Shown: positions 26,556 to 37,703, numbered from the stretch's first letter. The stretch: 58,400 nucleotides of DNA from an uncultured Alphaproteobacteria bacterium (GCA_902522585.1 CABYWI010000001.1:1-58400); one strand, 5' to 3'. A program made the numbers and translations. Notes: generated by a model not told the origin, from the letters alone.

Positions 26556-27560
26556 TTATTTAAATCCGACTATTTTATAAACCTCTTCTATTATAGGGTT
26601 TGCAATGCCCGCAGCTTTTTCAGTTCCTTCAGCTAATATCACATTCAGCTCATCCCGATTATTTAATAGATTATTAATTTCATCTCTAATGGGGCTGATC
26701 ATTTGAACAAGACTATCAGCTAAATCTTTCTTTAAAGAGGAATACTCTTTACCTGCATAATTACTTAGCGCTTGATCAACTGATTGGTTAGTCGTTGCAG
26801 ATAAAATATTAATTAAATTTAAACACTCAGGCTTAATTTGAAGTTCTTCCTTAGAACCAGGAATTAATTCTGAATCAGACTTTGCTTTTTTAATTTTTGC
26901 AGAAATGGTGTCATCATCATCTGTTAAAAGAATTCTTGAAAAATCAGATGGATCAGATTTAGACATTTTTTTATTGCCATCTCGTAAGCTCATCACTCGT
27001 GTAGCACTTCCATAAATTAAAGGTTCTGGTTGAGGAAAAAACTCAACACCAAAATCATTATTAAATTTTTGTGCAATATCTCTTGATAATTCTAAATGTT
27101 GTTTTTGATCTTCCCCAACAGGAACGTGCGTTGCGAGATAAGCGAGAATATCTGCAGCCATTAAATTAGGATAGACCATCAAACCTACACTAACATTTTC
27201 TCTATTCTTTCCTGCTTTGTCTTTAAATTGAGTCATGCGATTAAGCCAACCAATACGACTGACACAATTAAAAACCCAAGCTAATTGAGAATGTGCTGGC
27301 ACACTTGACTGTTGAAAAATAATTTGTTTTTTGTAATCCACACCAGCTGCAATAAATGAGGCAATAACTTCTAAAATGTTAGAACGCAATTCTTTAGGAT
27401 CTTGATCAACAGTAATCGCATGTTGATCAACCACACAATAAACACAGTTGTATTTGCTTTGAAGTTCGACAAAATTTTTAATTGCTCCTAGGTAGTTGCC
27501 TAAATGCAATGTGCCTGTTGGCTGTACACCAGAGAAAATACGTTCTTGAAACTTGCTCAT
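26556..27560 (-). CDS. trpS: Tryptophanyl-tRNA synthetase
   Basis: [33 protein letters not shown]. Confidence 0.96.
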   Translation of the reverse strand: MSKFQERIFSGVQPTGTLHLGNYLGAIKNFVELQSKYNCVYCVVDQHAITVDQDPKELRSNILEVIASFIAAGVDYKKQIIFQQSSVPAHSQLAWVFNCVSRIGWLNRMTQFKDKAGKNRENVSVGLMVYPNLMAADILAYLATHVPVGEDQKQHLELSRDIAQKFNNDFGVEFFPQPEPLIYGSATRVMSLRDGNKKMSKSDPSDFSRILLTDDDDTISAKIKKAKSDSELIPGSKEELQIKPECLNLINILSATTNQSVDQALSNYAGKEYSSLKKDLADSLVQMISPIRDEINNLLNNRDELNVILAEGTEKAAGIANPIIEEVYKIVGFK

Positions 27561-27636
27561 ATTGATTACTTAGAAATTGATATCAGAAATATCTTATATT
27601 TTCGAGTGGGTTCATTGTCTATTGGCCTTCCAATAA

Positions 27637-27933
27637 TTAAGTGTATGTTTGAGAAGGAACTTCCTTTGACTCGTAATGACTAGTTAGTCCACCTCCTAAA
27701 ACATCATATAAATCAATAGCTTTTTGATATTCAGATGAATAAATATAACCCATCATTGCATCCTTCGAATCCCAAGCGGTCAAAGGATGATAATAACTTT
27801 GATGCGTAAATCTTTCGGCGTAAATATTTCCTTGGCTTTTTTGGGCTAATTGGAATAAAGGAACTGCGTGGGATAAAAAGCAAAATTTTTTAAACAGCTT
27901 TTTGGGTTTGAAGTCATGGATTGCAATGATCAT
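27637..27933 (-). CDS. Hypothetical ABM/DUF3291-like protein, possibly C-terminally frameshifted
   Basis: AQKSQGN, LTAWDSKDAM..YIYS; start overlaps the glnD stop. Confidence 0.45.
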   Translation of the reverse strand: MIIAIHDFKPKKLFKKFCFLSHAVPLFQLAQKSQGNIYAERFTHQSYYHPLTAWDSKDAMMGYIYSSEYQKAIDLYDVLGGGLTSHYESKEVPSQTYT

Positions 27934-30479
27934 GATAAAATTTTTAGAAGCTGATTTTCAATTTTTTTTAAAATTTGTGTGTCTTTAACTTTTTTATTTT
28001 TAAAATCAGTAATTTGAAAAATATCAAAAACTTTTTCACCATAAGTAGAAATTTTTGCAGATTGGACACTCATATTTTGATCATGAAATATTTGAAGAAT
28101 ATCCATTAACAAACCCTGACGATCACCAGATAAAATTTGAAAAGTAGTAGTTAATTTGCTCATTTTATTATCAATCATTATGCGAGGCTCAACTTTAATT
28201 TTGGTTGTAAATAAGGGTTGATATTTTTCTAACCCTTCTTGATTAAGTGAGGCAGAAATATTTTGAAACACTCTTTCTTGCTCATTCTTTTCATCAATGG
28301 CTTTTTGAAATCTGCTAGTCACCCAAAAGACATCAATAATATCATTATTATTAAGAGAGATAATTCGAGAACCTAAGATGTTGACTTGTGATGAGTGAAA
28401 ACCAGCTACGATATCTTTTAAAACACCGGAGCGATTAGGACATATAACGATAACTGCACCATATTCCTTATTATTGTAATTTAGAAATTTAACTGATAGT
28501 GCCCTTCTATGTTTTTGATAATCATGATAAAAATCAAAAATGTCTAAAATCATTTTCGAGGAAAAAGCCTCCCAATATAGATTAGGAAAATATCGTATTG
28601 ATTTTTTAATAAATGCCTTCATCTCTTTACCAGATTGTTCCAAAACCATTTTTTTTAGGGACTCTCGAACGGAGGAAGAATAGTTTGCAGTATCAAGACC
28701 ACGCTGTAAAAAATCTCTCGCATTAAATAGAAGACTTCTTAAAAGACTTATTCTCCATTCATTGAGAATATTGGGACCTACGGCTGCAATATCACACAGG
28801 GTAAACAGAAAAAGAGAATTCACCTTTTCTTGTGTATTAGCGATAGCTGTAAACGAAGCAATTACATCGGGGTCTTGAGGGTCATTTTTAAAAGATATAT
28901 CGCTCATCAATAAATGGTTTTCAATTAACCATAAGGATAAACCTTGATCTTCTTCATTTAAGGGTAGCCGTTTAAATATTTTCTGCGTTAACTCTTTTCC
29001 ATAAATAGAATGACTTTTTGGACCTTTTTTTCCAATATCATGAAAAAATAAGGCAACGTGTAAAGCCACTTTTTGACTAAGACGACTATAAATTTCTTTA
29101 TAGAAGGACATCTTTTTTAATTCGTGAAGGTGGTAGAGGGTGAGAAGCAAATGCTCATCCGTGGTGTAATGATGATAAATATCAAACTGCACTTGACCCC
29201 AAACACGGCCAAATTCAGGAAAGAGTTCATTGAGAACTTTAGTATCATTTAAGTTACGAAGAACTTGAATGGGATTTTTTTTTGATGAAATAATTTCTAC
29301 TATTTTTTCATATTGATCATGAGTCATTGACTTTTTAATTTGTTTTCTTTTTTCCTCTATTGTTTTGAGAAAACGAGGATGAACAAATAAATTATGCTTT
29401 AAAGAAGATTCAAAAACACCTAACCAATTTTGAAATAAATTTTTTGAGTTATAATTTTTGATATGAACAAAGCCCTTTTCAATAAAATATTTTTTATCTA
29501 GAGATTTTGTTTTGGTAGGTTTGCTTTTATGAATCGTTTTTATAATTAATTCTTCAGGGAGTTTGGAGTAAAAAGTGTTAAGTAAAGATTCTATTTTGGC
29601 AATATTTACAAAAAGATGTTTCATAAAACGCTCTACACCTTTTTCCTTTTGATTATTTCTATAAGATAATTTTTGAGAAATCTTTAATTGGTTTTCAATA
29701 CATAAACTATCTCCCTTACCATCATTATAAAGATGAATGAAAGCTCTGATAGTGAGTAAAAATTTCCAAGCATTTTTTAATTCTTTTACTTCTTTGGACG
29801 TGAAAATATTAATTTGAATTAAGTCTTCTAGTTTTAGAACATTGAACATAAAAATAGATATCCAGATAATAGTGTGTATATCGCGTAATCCGCCAATACC
29901 CTCTTTAATTTGAGGCTCTAAGTTACTTTTAATTCCCAGGTAATAATCATGCCTTTCTACTAATTCGAGAAGTTTTTTTTCACTCAGTTTTAAAGGATTT
30001 AATCTACCAATTAGAATTTTAATAGAGCGAACAAATTCTCCATAATAATTTTCATCACCAATCAAATGTCTGGACTCTGCAAATTTAGTAACTGTTTTGA
30101 TGTCTTTTTTTGAATCAATAATTACTTGTTTTAGAGTTAAAAATGAAATCCCTACCTCAAGACCTACGTCCCAAAGGTTATTATTTAAGGCAGTAATAAA
30201 ATTTTTAATATTTTTATTAGTTTTTTTATAAAGGAATAATAAATCAACATCGCTTTTTGGTGACAAGTCATTTCTTCCATAGCCTCCAACAGCAATTAAT
30301 ACAAAGTCATCAATAGAATATTCTTTAATAATATTCTTAACGATATCTCTTACTATATCGTCGACTAATTTTGTATGGTGATTATTAAATATGAAACCAT
30401 CATTATTAATAATTAAGCCATTAAATAATTTATCTCGAGCGGTTTTATATTTCTTTTTAAGTTTTAAGGCTTCACTCAT
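27930..30479 (-). CDS. glnD: [Protein-PII] uridylyltransferase/uridylyl-removing enzyme
   Basis: AVGGYGRxxLSPKSDVDL, EPxIKEGxGGLRD, YHHYTTDEH, HDIGK, two C-terminal ACT domains. Confidence 0.92.
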   Translation of the reverse strand: MSEALKLKKKYKTARDKLFNGLIINNDGFIFNNHHTKLVDDIVRDIVKNIIKEYSIDDFVLIAVGGYGRNDLSPKSDVDLLFLYKKTNKNIKNFITALNNNLWDVGLEVGISFLTLKQVIIDSKKDIKTVTKFAESRHLIGDENYYGEFVRSIKILIGRLNPLKLSEKKLLELVERHDYYLGIKSNLEPQIKEGIGGLRDIHTIIWISIFMFNVLKLEDLIQINIFTSKEVKELKNAWKFLLTIRAFIHLYNDGKGDSLCIENQLKISQKLSYRNNQKEKGVERFMKHLFVNIAKIESLLNTFYSKLPEELIIKTIHKSKPTKTKSLDKKYFIEKGFVHIKNYNSKNLFQNWLGVFESSLKHNLFVHPRFLKTIEEKRKQIKKSMTHDQYEKIVEIISSKKNPIQVLRNLNDTKVLNELFPEFGRVWGQVQFDIYHHYTTDEHLLLTLYHLHELKKMSFYKEIYSRLSQKVALHVALFFHDIGKKGPKSHSIYGKELTQKIFKRLPLNEEDQGLSLWLIENHLLMSDISFKNDPQDPDVIASFTAIANTQEKVNSLFLFTLCDIAAVGPNILNEWRISLLRSLLFNARDFLQRGLDTANYSSSVRESLKKMVLEQSGKEMKAFIKKSIRYFPNLYWEAFSSKMILDIFDFYHDYQKHRRALSVKFLNYNNKEYGAVIVICPNRSGVLKDIVAGFHSSQVNILGSRIISLNNNDIIDVFWVTSRFQKAIDEKNEQERVFQNISASLNQEGLEKYQPLFTTKIKVEPRIMIDNKMSKLTTTFQILSGDRQGLLMDILQIFHDQNMSVQSAKISTYGEKVFDIFQITDFKNKKVKDTQILKKIENQLLKILS

Positions 30480-30588
30480 TTTTTATGATATTTTATTTAA
30501 AATATAAAAATATCACACTTATTTAAAGATATAGAATTTGTTTTAATAAAATGTAACAATATTATTGGTAGAAATTAAGGCAAATAAA

Positions 30589-31257
30589 ATGTTCAATCTT
30601 AAAAGTAGTAAATTATCATTATTTGGAAGCACTAAAAATTTAGAAAAAGATATTGATGAGTTTGTTAATATCTTATCTGAAGTAGGGCTTTCTTTTAAGT
30701 CTATTGTAAAAAGATATTTATCCCACTCTACTGATGATAATTTTGAAGCTATGTTAGAAAAAATAACTGAGATGGAGAGCAGGGCAGATACGATTACAAA
30801 ACAAATAGAACATGCCCTGTATGAAGAAACTTTAATTCCAGATGCCAGAAGTGATGTACTTAGATTGCTAGAACACTTAGATGAATTGATTGGAATGTAT
30901 CAAGGAAATTGCTATCACTTTTCAATTCAAAGGCCAGATTTCCCTGAGGAATTTCATTCTGACTTGATTAGCTTAACTGAAACTGTTGTAGATTGCGTTG
31001 AGTCTTTATGTTTAACAGTTAGATCTTTTTTTAGAGATGTCAGTTCAGTGAGAGATAATGCACATAAAGTCACTTATCATGAGAAAGAGTCTGATATTAA
31101 ATTTAGCTCACTCGCAAGAAGGGTATTTAGTTCTAATTTAGAATTAGATCAAAAAATGCATTTAAGATATTTCGTTGAAAAGATTGATCGAATTAGCGAT
31201 CAAGCTGAAGATATAGCAGACGAATTAATTATCTATTCAATTAAACGGTCTGTTTAA
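30589..31257 (+). CDS. DUF47/PhoU-like phosphate-transport accessory protein
   Basis: E.RAD, LIPDARSD, EKESD, ISDQAEDIAD; directly upstream of a PiT gene. Confidence 0.8.
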   Translation: MFNLKSSKLSLFGSTKNLEKDIDEFVNILSEVGLSFKSIVKRYLSHSTDDNFEAMLEKITEMESRADTITKQIEHALYEETLIPDARSDVLRLLEHLDELIGMYQGNCYHFSIQRPDFPEEFHSDLISLTETVVDCVESLCLTVRSFFRDVSSVRDNAHKVTYHEKESDIKFSSLARRVFSSNLELDQKMHLRYFVEKIDRISDQAEDIADELIIYSIKRSV

Positions 31258-31267
31258 TTACTAATTT

Positions 31268-32320
31268 ATGGAATTAACTATTTTATTATTTTTATTTGGT
31301 GGATTATTTTTAGGTTGGTCTCTTGGTGCCAATGATGCAGCTAATGTTTTTGGTACTGCGGTTGGAACTAGAATGGTTAATTTTAGAACAGCCGCAATTA
31401 TTTGTAGCGTCTTTGTCATACTAGGGGCAGTTATCAGCGGATCAGGAACTACAGAGACAATTGGAAAGTTAGGTGCCATTAATGCACTTCCTGGCGCTTT
31501 CGCCTGTTGTGTTGCCGCCGGCTTCGCTGTTTATTTAATGACAAAATTTGGTCTTCCTGTTTCAACCACTCAAGCAATAGTAGGTGCCATTATCGGTTGG
31601 AATCTCTTCACAGGATCACAAACCGATACAGGAACTCTGATCACTATACTTGCAACATGGATAATTTGCCCAATTTTGGCAGGTGTAATTGCAATAGGAA
31701 TATTTTTAGTGGTAAAAAAAATTATCTCTAAGTCGCGAATACATATATTAAGACTAGATGCCTATACTCGATTAGCTTTATTGCTTGCTGGCGCTTTTGG
31801 AGCTTATAGTTTAGGTGCCAATAATATAGCCAATGTAATGGGGGTGTTCGTAAACGTTTCCCCCTTTACAGACATAAATATTGCCAATCTTTTCTTATTT
31901 ACTTCAATTCAGCAATTGTTCTTACTTGGAGGTATTGCCATTGCGGTGGGAGTTTTTACCTACTCAAAAAAAGTAATGTTCACTGTCGGAAATGATTTGT
32001 TAAAACTATCTCCTTTGTCGGCATTTGTAATAGTTCTATCACACTCTATAGTTTTGTTTTTATTTGCATCACAGGGTATTAGTAATTTTTTAATTTCTTT
32101 AAACCTACCGGCCTTGCCTCTAGTTCCTGTTTCTAGTTCTCAAGCCATTGTGGGAGGTGTAATAGGTATAGGTCTCTTAAAAGGAGGAAAAGAGGTTAAA
32201 TGGTCAGTAGCTGGAAAAATTTCAATTGGCTGGGTGGTGTTACCTTTGCTAACAATGGGGATTGCAATGTTAATATTATATATATTAAAATATATGTTTG
32301 ACTTAAGTGTAGTATTTTGA
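31268..32320 (+). CDS. PiT-family inorganic phosphate transporter
   Basis: GANDAAN, PVSTTQAIVG, GANNIAN, PVSSSQAIVG. Confidence 0.88.
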   Translation: MELTILLFLFGGLFLGWSLGANDAANVFGTAVGTRMVNFRTAAIICSVFVILGAVISGSGTTETIGKLGAINALPGAFACCVAAGFAVYLMTKFGLPVSTTQAIVGAIIGWNLFTGSQTDTGTLITILATWIICPILAGVIAIGIFLVVKKIISKSRIHILRLDAYTRLALLLAGAFGAYSLGANNIANVMGVFVNVSPFTDINIANLFLFTSIQQLFLLGGIAIAVGVFTYSKKVMFTVGNDLLKLSPLSAFVIVLSHSIVLFLFASQGISNFLISLNLPALPLVPVSSSQAIVGGVIGIGLLKGGKEVKWSVAGKISIGWVVLPLLTMGIAMLILYILKYMFDLSVVF

Positions 32321-32383
32321 ATTTAGTTGATTTAATTTTTTGTATATTTTCACCAAACTTCAGTATTTAATAAAATTCAATTT

Positions 32384-33622
32384 ATGAATTTAGAAATTAA
32401 TCAAAGAAATTATCCATCAAAATTTAATAAGCCCGTAGTAGTTATTTGTTTAGATGGAAGCCAAAAAGAGTATTTAGATATGGCCTCTGAGAGCAAGCTT
32501 ACCCCTAATTTAGATAAAATTATTAATGAGGGAGAATTTATTTTAGCTCATAGTGCAATTCCAAGCTTCACCAACCCTAACAACATTTCCATTGTTACAG
32601 GTCAACCAAGTGCAGTACACGGTATTTGTGGAAACTTTTTTTATACCCCCTCAACTGGCGAAGAGGTGATGATGAATGATCCTCAATATCTTCGTTCACC
32701 TACTATTTTTCAAAAATTTTACGAACAAGGTGCAAAAATTGCAGTCATTACTGCCAAAGATAAGTTAAGAAGTCTTTTAGGTAATGGTCTCAAGTTTGAT
32801 GAAAATAGAGCTATATGCTTTTCATCTGAAAAATCTGATCAAGCGACATTAGAGCTGAATGGTATTGAAAAAGTTAACGATTGGCTCCAAACTCCTGTTC
32901 CTGAAGTTTATTCTCAAGAACTATCAGAGTTTGTCATGAAGGCTGGTGTAAAAATTTTAAATGAGTATCAGCCGGATATTATGTACTTATCAACGACAGA
33001 TTTTATTCAACATAAATATGAACCAGGGCATGAGATAGCTAATAAGTTCTACAGTATGTTTGATCATTACATCGGCCTACTTAATGAAAAAGATATCTCT
33101 TTAGTAGTTACTGCTGATCATGGAATGAAAGCAAAAACAAATAGTAGCGGAGAGCCAAATGCCATTTTTTTAGAGGATTTTTTAAAGGAAAAATTTCCTC
33201 AAGATAATTTTAAAGTCATTCTTCCCATTACGGATCCATATGTTGTTCATCACGGTAGTCTGGGATCTTTTGCAATGATATATGCAGAAAATCAGGAATT
33301 AATTTCTAAAGCTATAGAAGAAATAAAAAATATTCATGAGATAGAGGAAGTTTTAAACAAACAAGAAGCTTGTAAAATTTATCATCTTCCAGAAGATAGG
33401 TCTGGAGATATTGTTTGTATGAGCTCAGAGTCTTTTGCAATTGGAAGCACTAAAAGTAAACATGATCTCTCGTCTTTAAAAGAGCCTCTTCGATCTCATG
33501 GTGGTTTACATGAAAGAGAGGTCCCTTTTATCATTAACTCTTCTAACTTGGACGTTACAACACTAGGGCAAATTTATAATTACGATGCATTTTATTATGC
33601 TGCTCACATGGCAAATAAATAA
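32384..33622 (+). CDS. phnA: Phosphonoacetate hydrolase
   Basis: VICLDG, PSFTNPNNISIVTG (Thr nucleophile), YLSTTDFIQHK, TADHGM, ITDPYVVHHG, LRSHGG. Confidence 0.93.
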   Translation: MNLEINQRNYPSKFNKPVVVICLDGSQKEYLDMASESKLTPNLDKIINEGEFILAHSAIPSFTNPNNISIVTGQPSAVHGICGNFFYTPSTGEEVMMNDPQYLRSPTIFQKFYEQGAKIAVITAKDKLRSLLGNGLKFDENRAICFSSEKSDQATLELNGIEKVNDWLQTPVPEVYSQELSEFVMKAGVKILNEYQPDIMYLSTTDFIQHKYEPGHEIANKFYSMFDHYIGLLNEKDISLVVTADHGMKAKTNSSGEPNAIFLEDFLKEKFPQDNFKVILPITDPYVVHHGSLGSFAMIYAENQELISKAIEEIKNIHEIEEVLNKQEACKIYHLPEDRSGDIVCMSSESFAIGSTKSKHDLSSLKEPLRSHGGLHEREVPFIINSSNLDVTTLGQIYNYDAFYYAAHMANK

Positions 33623-35047
33623 ATGAAAACAAAAATGTATATAGCAGGAAAAGGAACTTCAGCTGATAAGAGCATTGATGTTATCAATCCCTATAATAAT
33701 AAAGTGGTAGCAAGTGTTCCTGCAGCAACCAAGGATCAGGTATCTGAAGCATTTCGTATAGGGGCAAATTATCAAGCCAAGTTAACTCGATATGAGAGAC
33801 AACAAATACTCCAAAAAATTGCTGAACTTCTTATTAAGAACAAAGATGAATTTTCAGACATCATTACAAGTGAACTGGGTATTTGTAAACAAGACTCTCT
33901 TTATGAAGTAGGAAGAGCTTTTGATGTTTTCTCGTTGACTTCGCAACTTGTCATTCATGATGATGGGGAAATATTTTCTTGTGATTTAACACCACACGGT
34001 AAAGCAAGAAAAATTTTTACTCATCGTGAACCTTTAAACACTATTTCTGTTATTACACCTTTTAATCATCCTTTAAATACTGTAGCCCATAAAATAGCTC
34101 CAGCGATTGCAACCAATAATTGTATCGTTTGTAAACCTACTGAGTTAACACCATTAACAGCTCTAAAGTTAACTGAGATTATATATGACGCTGGCCTTCC
34201 ACCGGAAATGCTGTCTATGATTACCGGTTGGCCAGAAGATATCGGAGATGAATTTATTCAAAATGGCGAGATTGATATGATTACTTTTACTGGAAGCGTA
34301 GCCGTTGGAAAAATGATTGCGCACAAAGCAGGATATAAGAGAACAGTGTTAGAGCTAGGAGGCAATGACCCTCTTATAATATGTAATGACTTAAGTGATG
34401 AAGATTTAGAAAAAGCTGCAGAATTAGCTGTTTTAGGAGCTACTAAAAATTCAGGCCAGAGATGCACTGCAGTCAAAAGAATTTTATGTCAAGAAAAGGT
34501 ATCTGATAAATTCGTACCTTTGGTTCTTGAAAGGGCAAAAAAAATTAAATTTGGAAACCCTCAAGATTTAAAAACAGATATGGGAACTGTTGTAAGCAAA
34601 GAAGCAGCTAAGCTTTTTGAGAGTCGTGTGCAAGCAGCAGCAGAACAAGGAGCAGAAATTCTCTATCAACCTAAAAGAGAAGGTGCTCTTCTTCCTCCTG
34701 TTGTATTAGATAATGTAAACCCAAATAGCGAACTTGTTGTTGAAGAAACATTTGGTCCAATTGTTCCAATCTTGCGAGTATCTAATAATATTGAAGAAGT
34801 TGCGCAGGTTTCTAACTCTACAGCTTTTGGACTTTCTTCAGGAGTTTGTACTAATGACATGAGAACTTCCAACTTCTTTATTCAAAATTTAAATGTAGGG
34901 ACCGTAAATATTTGGGAGGTTCCTGGATATCGTATTGAAATGTCACCTTTTGGAGGAATTAAGGACTCTGGTTTGGGATATAAAGAGGGCGCCTTAGAAG
35001 CAATGAAAAGTTATACCAATATGAAAACTTACTCTTTACCATGGTAA
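33623..35047 (+). CDS. phnY: Phosphonoacetaldehyde dehydrogenase
   Basis: ALDH fold with [38 protein letters not shown]; abuts phnA. Confidence 0.92.
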   Translation: MKTKMYIAGKGTSADKSIDVINPYNNKVVASVPAATKDQVSEAFRIGANYQAKLTRYERQQILQKIAELLIKNKDEFSDIITSELGICKQDSLYEVGRAFDVFSLTSQLVIHDDGEIFSCDLTPHGKARKIFTHREPLNTISVITPFNHPLNTVAHKIAPAIATNNCIVCKPTELTPLTALKLTEIIYDAGLPPEMLSMITGWPEDIGDEFIQNGEIDMITFTGSVAVGKMIAHKAGYKRTVLELGGNDPLIICNDLSDEDLEKAAELAVLGATKNSGQRCTAVKRILCQEKVSDKFVPLVLERAKKIKFGNPQDLKTDMGTVVSKEAAKLFESRVQAAAEQGAEILYQPKREGALLPPVVLDNVNPNSELVVEETFGPIVPILRVSNNIEEVAQVSNSTAFGLSSGVCTNDMRTSNFFIQNLNVGTVNIWEVPGYRIEMSPFGGIKDSGLGYKEGALEAMKSYTNMKTYSLPW

Positions 35048-35051
35048 AATA

Positions 35052-36176
35052 ATGATCAACACTAAATATGAATTAGTTATTGTTGGCGCCGGGGTAGTTG
35101 GAATGGGTGTTGCATTAGCAGCTCATAAAAAAGGAGTAAAAAAGATTTTGATTATTGATCGCCACCAGGCTTGTACTGGCGCTTCAATTAGAAATTTTGG
35201 TTTCATTACTATTACGGGTCTTAGGCAAAAATTAATGCAAAAGAGAGCATTAAGGTCTCGAGACATTTGGTTAGATCTTACTAAAAAAGCTAAAATCACG
35301 GTCAATCACCGAGGTCTATACCTTTTAGCTCAGTATAAAGAAAGCATGCCAGTTTTAGAGGAATATCTAAAAGTTGACCCTCGAAATACTGTCAGGCTTT
35401 TATCTAAAAAAGAAATGGCATCTCAAAGTTCATTGTTTAAACAAAATCGCAATTTTGGCGGACTATATAGCACTGATGAAGTTCGAATTGAGCCAAGACT
35501 TGCTATTCCAGCTGTAGCAAAATATTTACAATCGATTGGAATTGACTTTTTATGGAAAGAAGAAGTCTTAGATTTTTCCCATCAGCATATCGTTACCCAA
35601 AAAAGAAAAATACAATTTAAAAAATTAATAATGGCACCCGGAAATCATTTAAAAGGTTTAGGTAGAGATGTTTTTGAAAAAAGGAAAGTTGAGTCTAGTA
35701 AATTGCATATGCTTCGAATAATGCCTAAGAAAAAAATTAAATTACCTGGAGGTATCATGGCTGACTTAACTTTAATGAGATATCCAGGATATGAAAATCT
35801 ACCTTCCAAAAAAAAACTTGATAAAGTTATTAAGAAAAAATGTCGTGCAGAATTAGACAACGGCATACATGTTATTGTTGTTCAAGGCAAAGATGGATCT
35901 CTTACTATTGGTGACTCTCATCACTATACTAATGATACCCACTATCCATTTGAAAATGAAATTGTAGACAATCTCATTCTAAACAAATTTGATCAAGTTT
36001 TACCAATAGGTAAATATGATGTAATTGAACGCTGGGTTGGGGAATATCCCTCAGGCAAAAAAGATTATCTTGATTACTGGATAGATAAAAATATTTGCAT
36101 TGCGAATGTTACTACCGGGATCGGCATGTCTACTGGATTTGCATTTGCAGAGGATGTTGTAAACAAGCTTTACTAA
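35052..36176 (+). CDS. Phosphonate-cluster FAD-dependent amine oxidoreductase (TIGR03364/Pbf-like)
   Basis: VGAGVVG Rossmann motif, GASIRNFG, IHVIVVQ..DGSLTIGDSH, GIGMSTGF; co-oriented with phnAY. Confidence 0.8.
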   Translation: MINTKYELVIVGAGVVGMGVALAAHKKGVKKILIIDRHQACTGASIRNFGFITITGLRQKLMQKRALRSRDIWLDLTKKAKITVNHRGLYLLAQYKESMPVLEEYLKVDPRNTVRLLSKKEMASQSSLFKQNRNFGGLYSTDEVRIEPRLAIPAVAKYLQSIGIDFLWKEEVLDFSHQHIVTQKRKIQFKKLIMAPGNHLKGLGRDVFEKRKVESSKLHMLRIMPKKKIKLPGGIMADLTLMRYPGYENLPSKKKLDKVIKKKCRAELDNGIHVIVVQGKDGSLTIGDSHHYTNDTHYPFENEIVDNLILNKFDQVLPIGKYDVIERWVGEYPSGKKDYLDYWIDKNICIANVTTGIGMSTGFAFAEDVVNKLY

Positions 36177-36202
36177 TTACATAAAGCTATTTAGTTGAAA
36201 TT

Positions 36203-37057
36203 TTGTCAGTCACTCTCTTTATAATTATTATTTTAACTGCTGTAGCCCATACTACTTGGAATGTTTTATTAAAAACATCAGATAATAAAGTTCTTTTTTT
36301 AAGAAGTTTTTTATTACTTGCTAGTTTTCTATTTATACCTGTTTTGTTCTTTATCCAGCCACCATCTCCAAGTTCATACATATTTTTGGCTACTTCTTTA
36401 TTTATTCATATTTTTTACAACATCTTCCTAATTAAAATGTATAGCTACTCAGAGATATCTTTTTCTTATCCCATTGCTCGAGGCAGCCCCACGTTAATCT
36501 TATTGGTAATTTCACCCTTGTTGCTTGGTGATGAAATTAGCTATCTCAATAACATTGGTGCATTAATTTTAATTTGTGGAATTTTTTTCCTCATTTTTTC
36601 TGAAGGAAACTACAAAAAAATTAATTTTAAAGGTCTTGGATTGTCACTAATGGTAGCAAGCACTATTGTGGTTTACACACTTGTAGATGCCAAAGGAGCA
36701 AGACTATCAGAGAGTGCGATTTCTTATGGAATCTATATGTTTGCTATTGAGGGTATAACTTTTAATATCGCTTATGTACTTTTTTTCAAAGATAAGAAAA
36801 TTCCTTTTCAGTTTATCTTAAAAGAAAAATATAAAATATTATTAGCTAGCATCTTAGTTACTTTTGCCTACCTTCCAATTCTGTATGCTTTTACAAAAGT
36901 AAATGTCCCATCAGTTGCGGCACTTAGAGAGATTAGTATCTTATTTACCTCAATATATGGCGTTTATTTTTTGAAAGAAAAATTTGGATTAATAAAAGTA
37001 ATTTCTGCCGCTCTAGTTGTAGTTGGCTGTATAATTATCAGAATAGCTGCAGGTTAA
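36203..37057 (+). CDS. EamA/DMT transporter, phosphonate-cluster type
   Basis: HTTWNVLLK, SYPIARG, YTLVD..G, VAALREISI; about 10 TM helices. Confidence 0.8.
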   Translation: MSVTLFIIIILTAVAHTTWNVLLKTSDNKVLFLRSFLLLASFLFIPVLFFIQPPSPSSYIFLATSLFIHIFYNIFLIKMYSYSEISFSYPIARGSPTLILLVISPLLLGDEISYLNNIGALILICGIFFLIFSEGNYKKINFKGLGLSLMVASTIVVYTLVDAKGARLSESAISYGIYMFAIEGITFNIAYVLFFKDKKIPFQFILKEKYKILLASILVTFAYLPILYAFTKVNVPSVAALREISILFTSIYGVYFLKEKFGLIKVISAALVVVGCIIIRIAAG

Positions 37058-37058
37058 T

Positions 37059-37703
37059 CTAAAACAATTTTCCAAAATCTTTATATCCCATTAACTTTGG
37101 AACACGGTGTTTAATTTTTTTTGGTAAGTTTTTGTCATGATTGGTATGGCGTAAAACTTTCTGTACCTTAGCCTTTAATGCTGCTTCAATGCCCACATCA
37201 GAGTCTTCAATAACTAAAACTTCATTTGTTTTAAGACCTAGTTTCTTCGAACCAATGACATAACCATCTTTAAAGGGCTTGTATGGTATTTTTCCAGTAC
37301 AAGATGTAATGCTTCCTTTAAAAAACTGAAAAAGATTATTTTTTTTTAAGACCTTTATTATGTGGTTAGTATGGGCATTAGAGACAATGCCTATTTTTAA
37401 ATTTGTGGAACGAATAAACTTTTTCAAATGAGGATAAATTTTTGGACTATGCTGATCAAATGCTATTTTTAATTCTTTCTTATAGTTCCTCATGACTTGA
37501 GTGAGATTGTAATCTTCCTCTAGAATTAGCTTTTGGAATAAATGTTCTGAAATAATTCCGATAGTAGATTTTTGTTTGATGCTTCTGTCATACTTTATCC
37601 CCATTTTTTTGAGAGTAACTAATGCTGTGCCAAACCATATCTGCTCGGATTCAGCTATTACACCATCAAAATCAAACAAAATTCCCTTAATTTTTCTATA
37701 CAT
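37059..37703 (-). CDS. HAD-superfamily hydrolase (subfamily IA)
   Basis: FDFDGVIAESE, VSN, KP, VIEDSDVGIEAA. Confidence 0.85.
   Translation of the reverse strand: MYRKIKGILFDFDGVIAESEQIWFGTALVTLKKMGIKYDRSIKQKSTIGIISEHLFQKLILEEDYNLTQVMRNYKKELKIAFDQHSPKIYPHLKKFIRSTNLKIGIVSNAHTNHIIKVLKKNNLFQFFKGSITSCTGKIPYKPFKDGYVIGSKKLGLKTNEVLVIEDSDVGIEAALKAKVQKVLRHTNHDKNLPKKIKHRVPKLMGYKDFGKLF

Noticed and set aside
30486-30515. TGATATTTT-N12-AAAATATCA inverted repeat between glnD and DUF47
   Set aside because: Almost all A/T and no second copy was found in the P island, so an operator cannot be supported
37059-37703. Calling the HAD gene phnX
   Set aside because: Lacks the phosphonatase DWAGT motif and is shorter than PhnX
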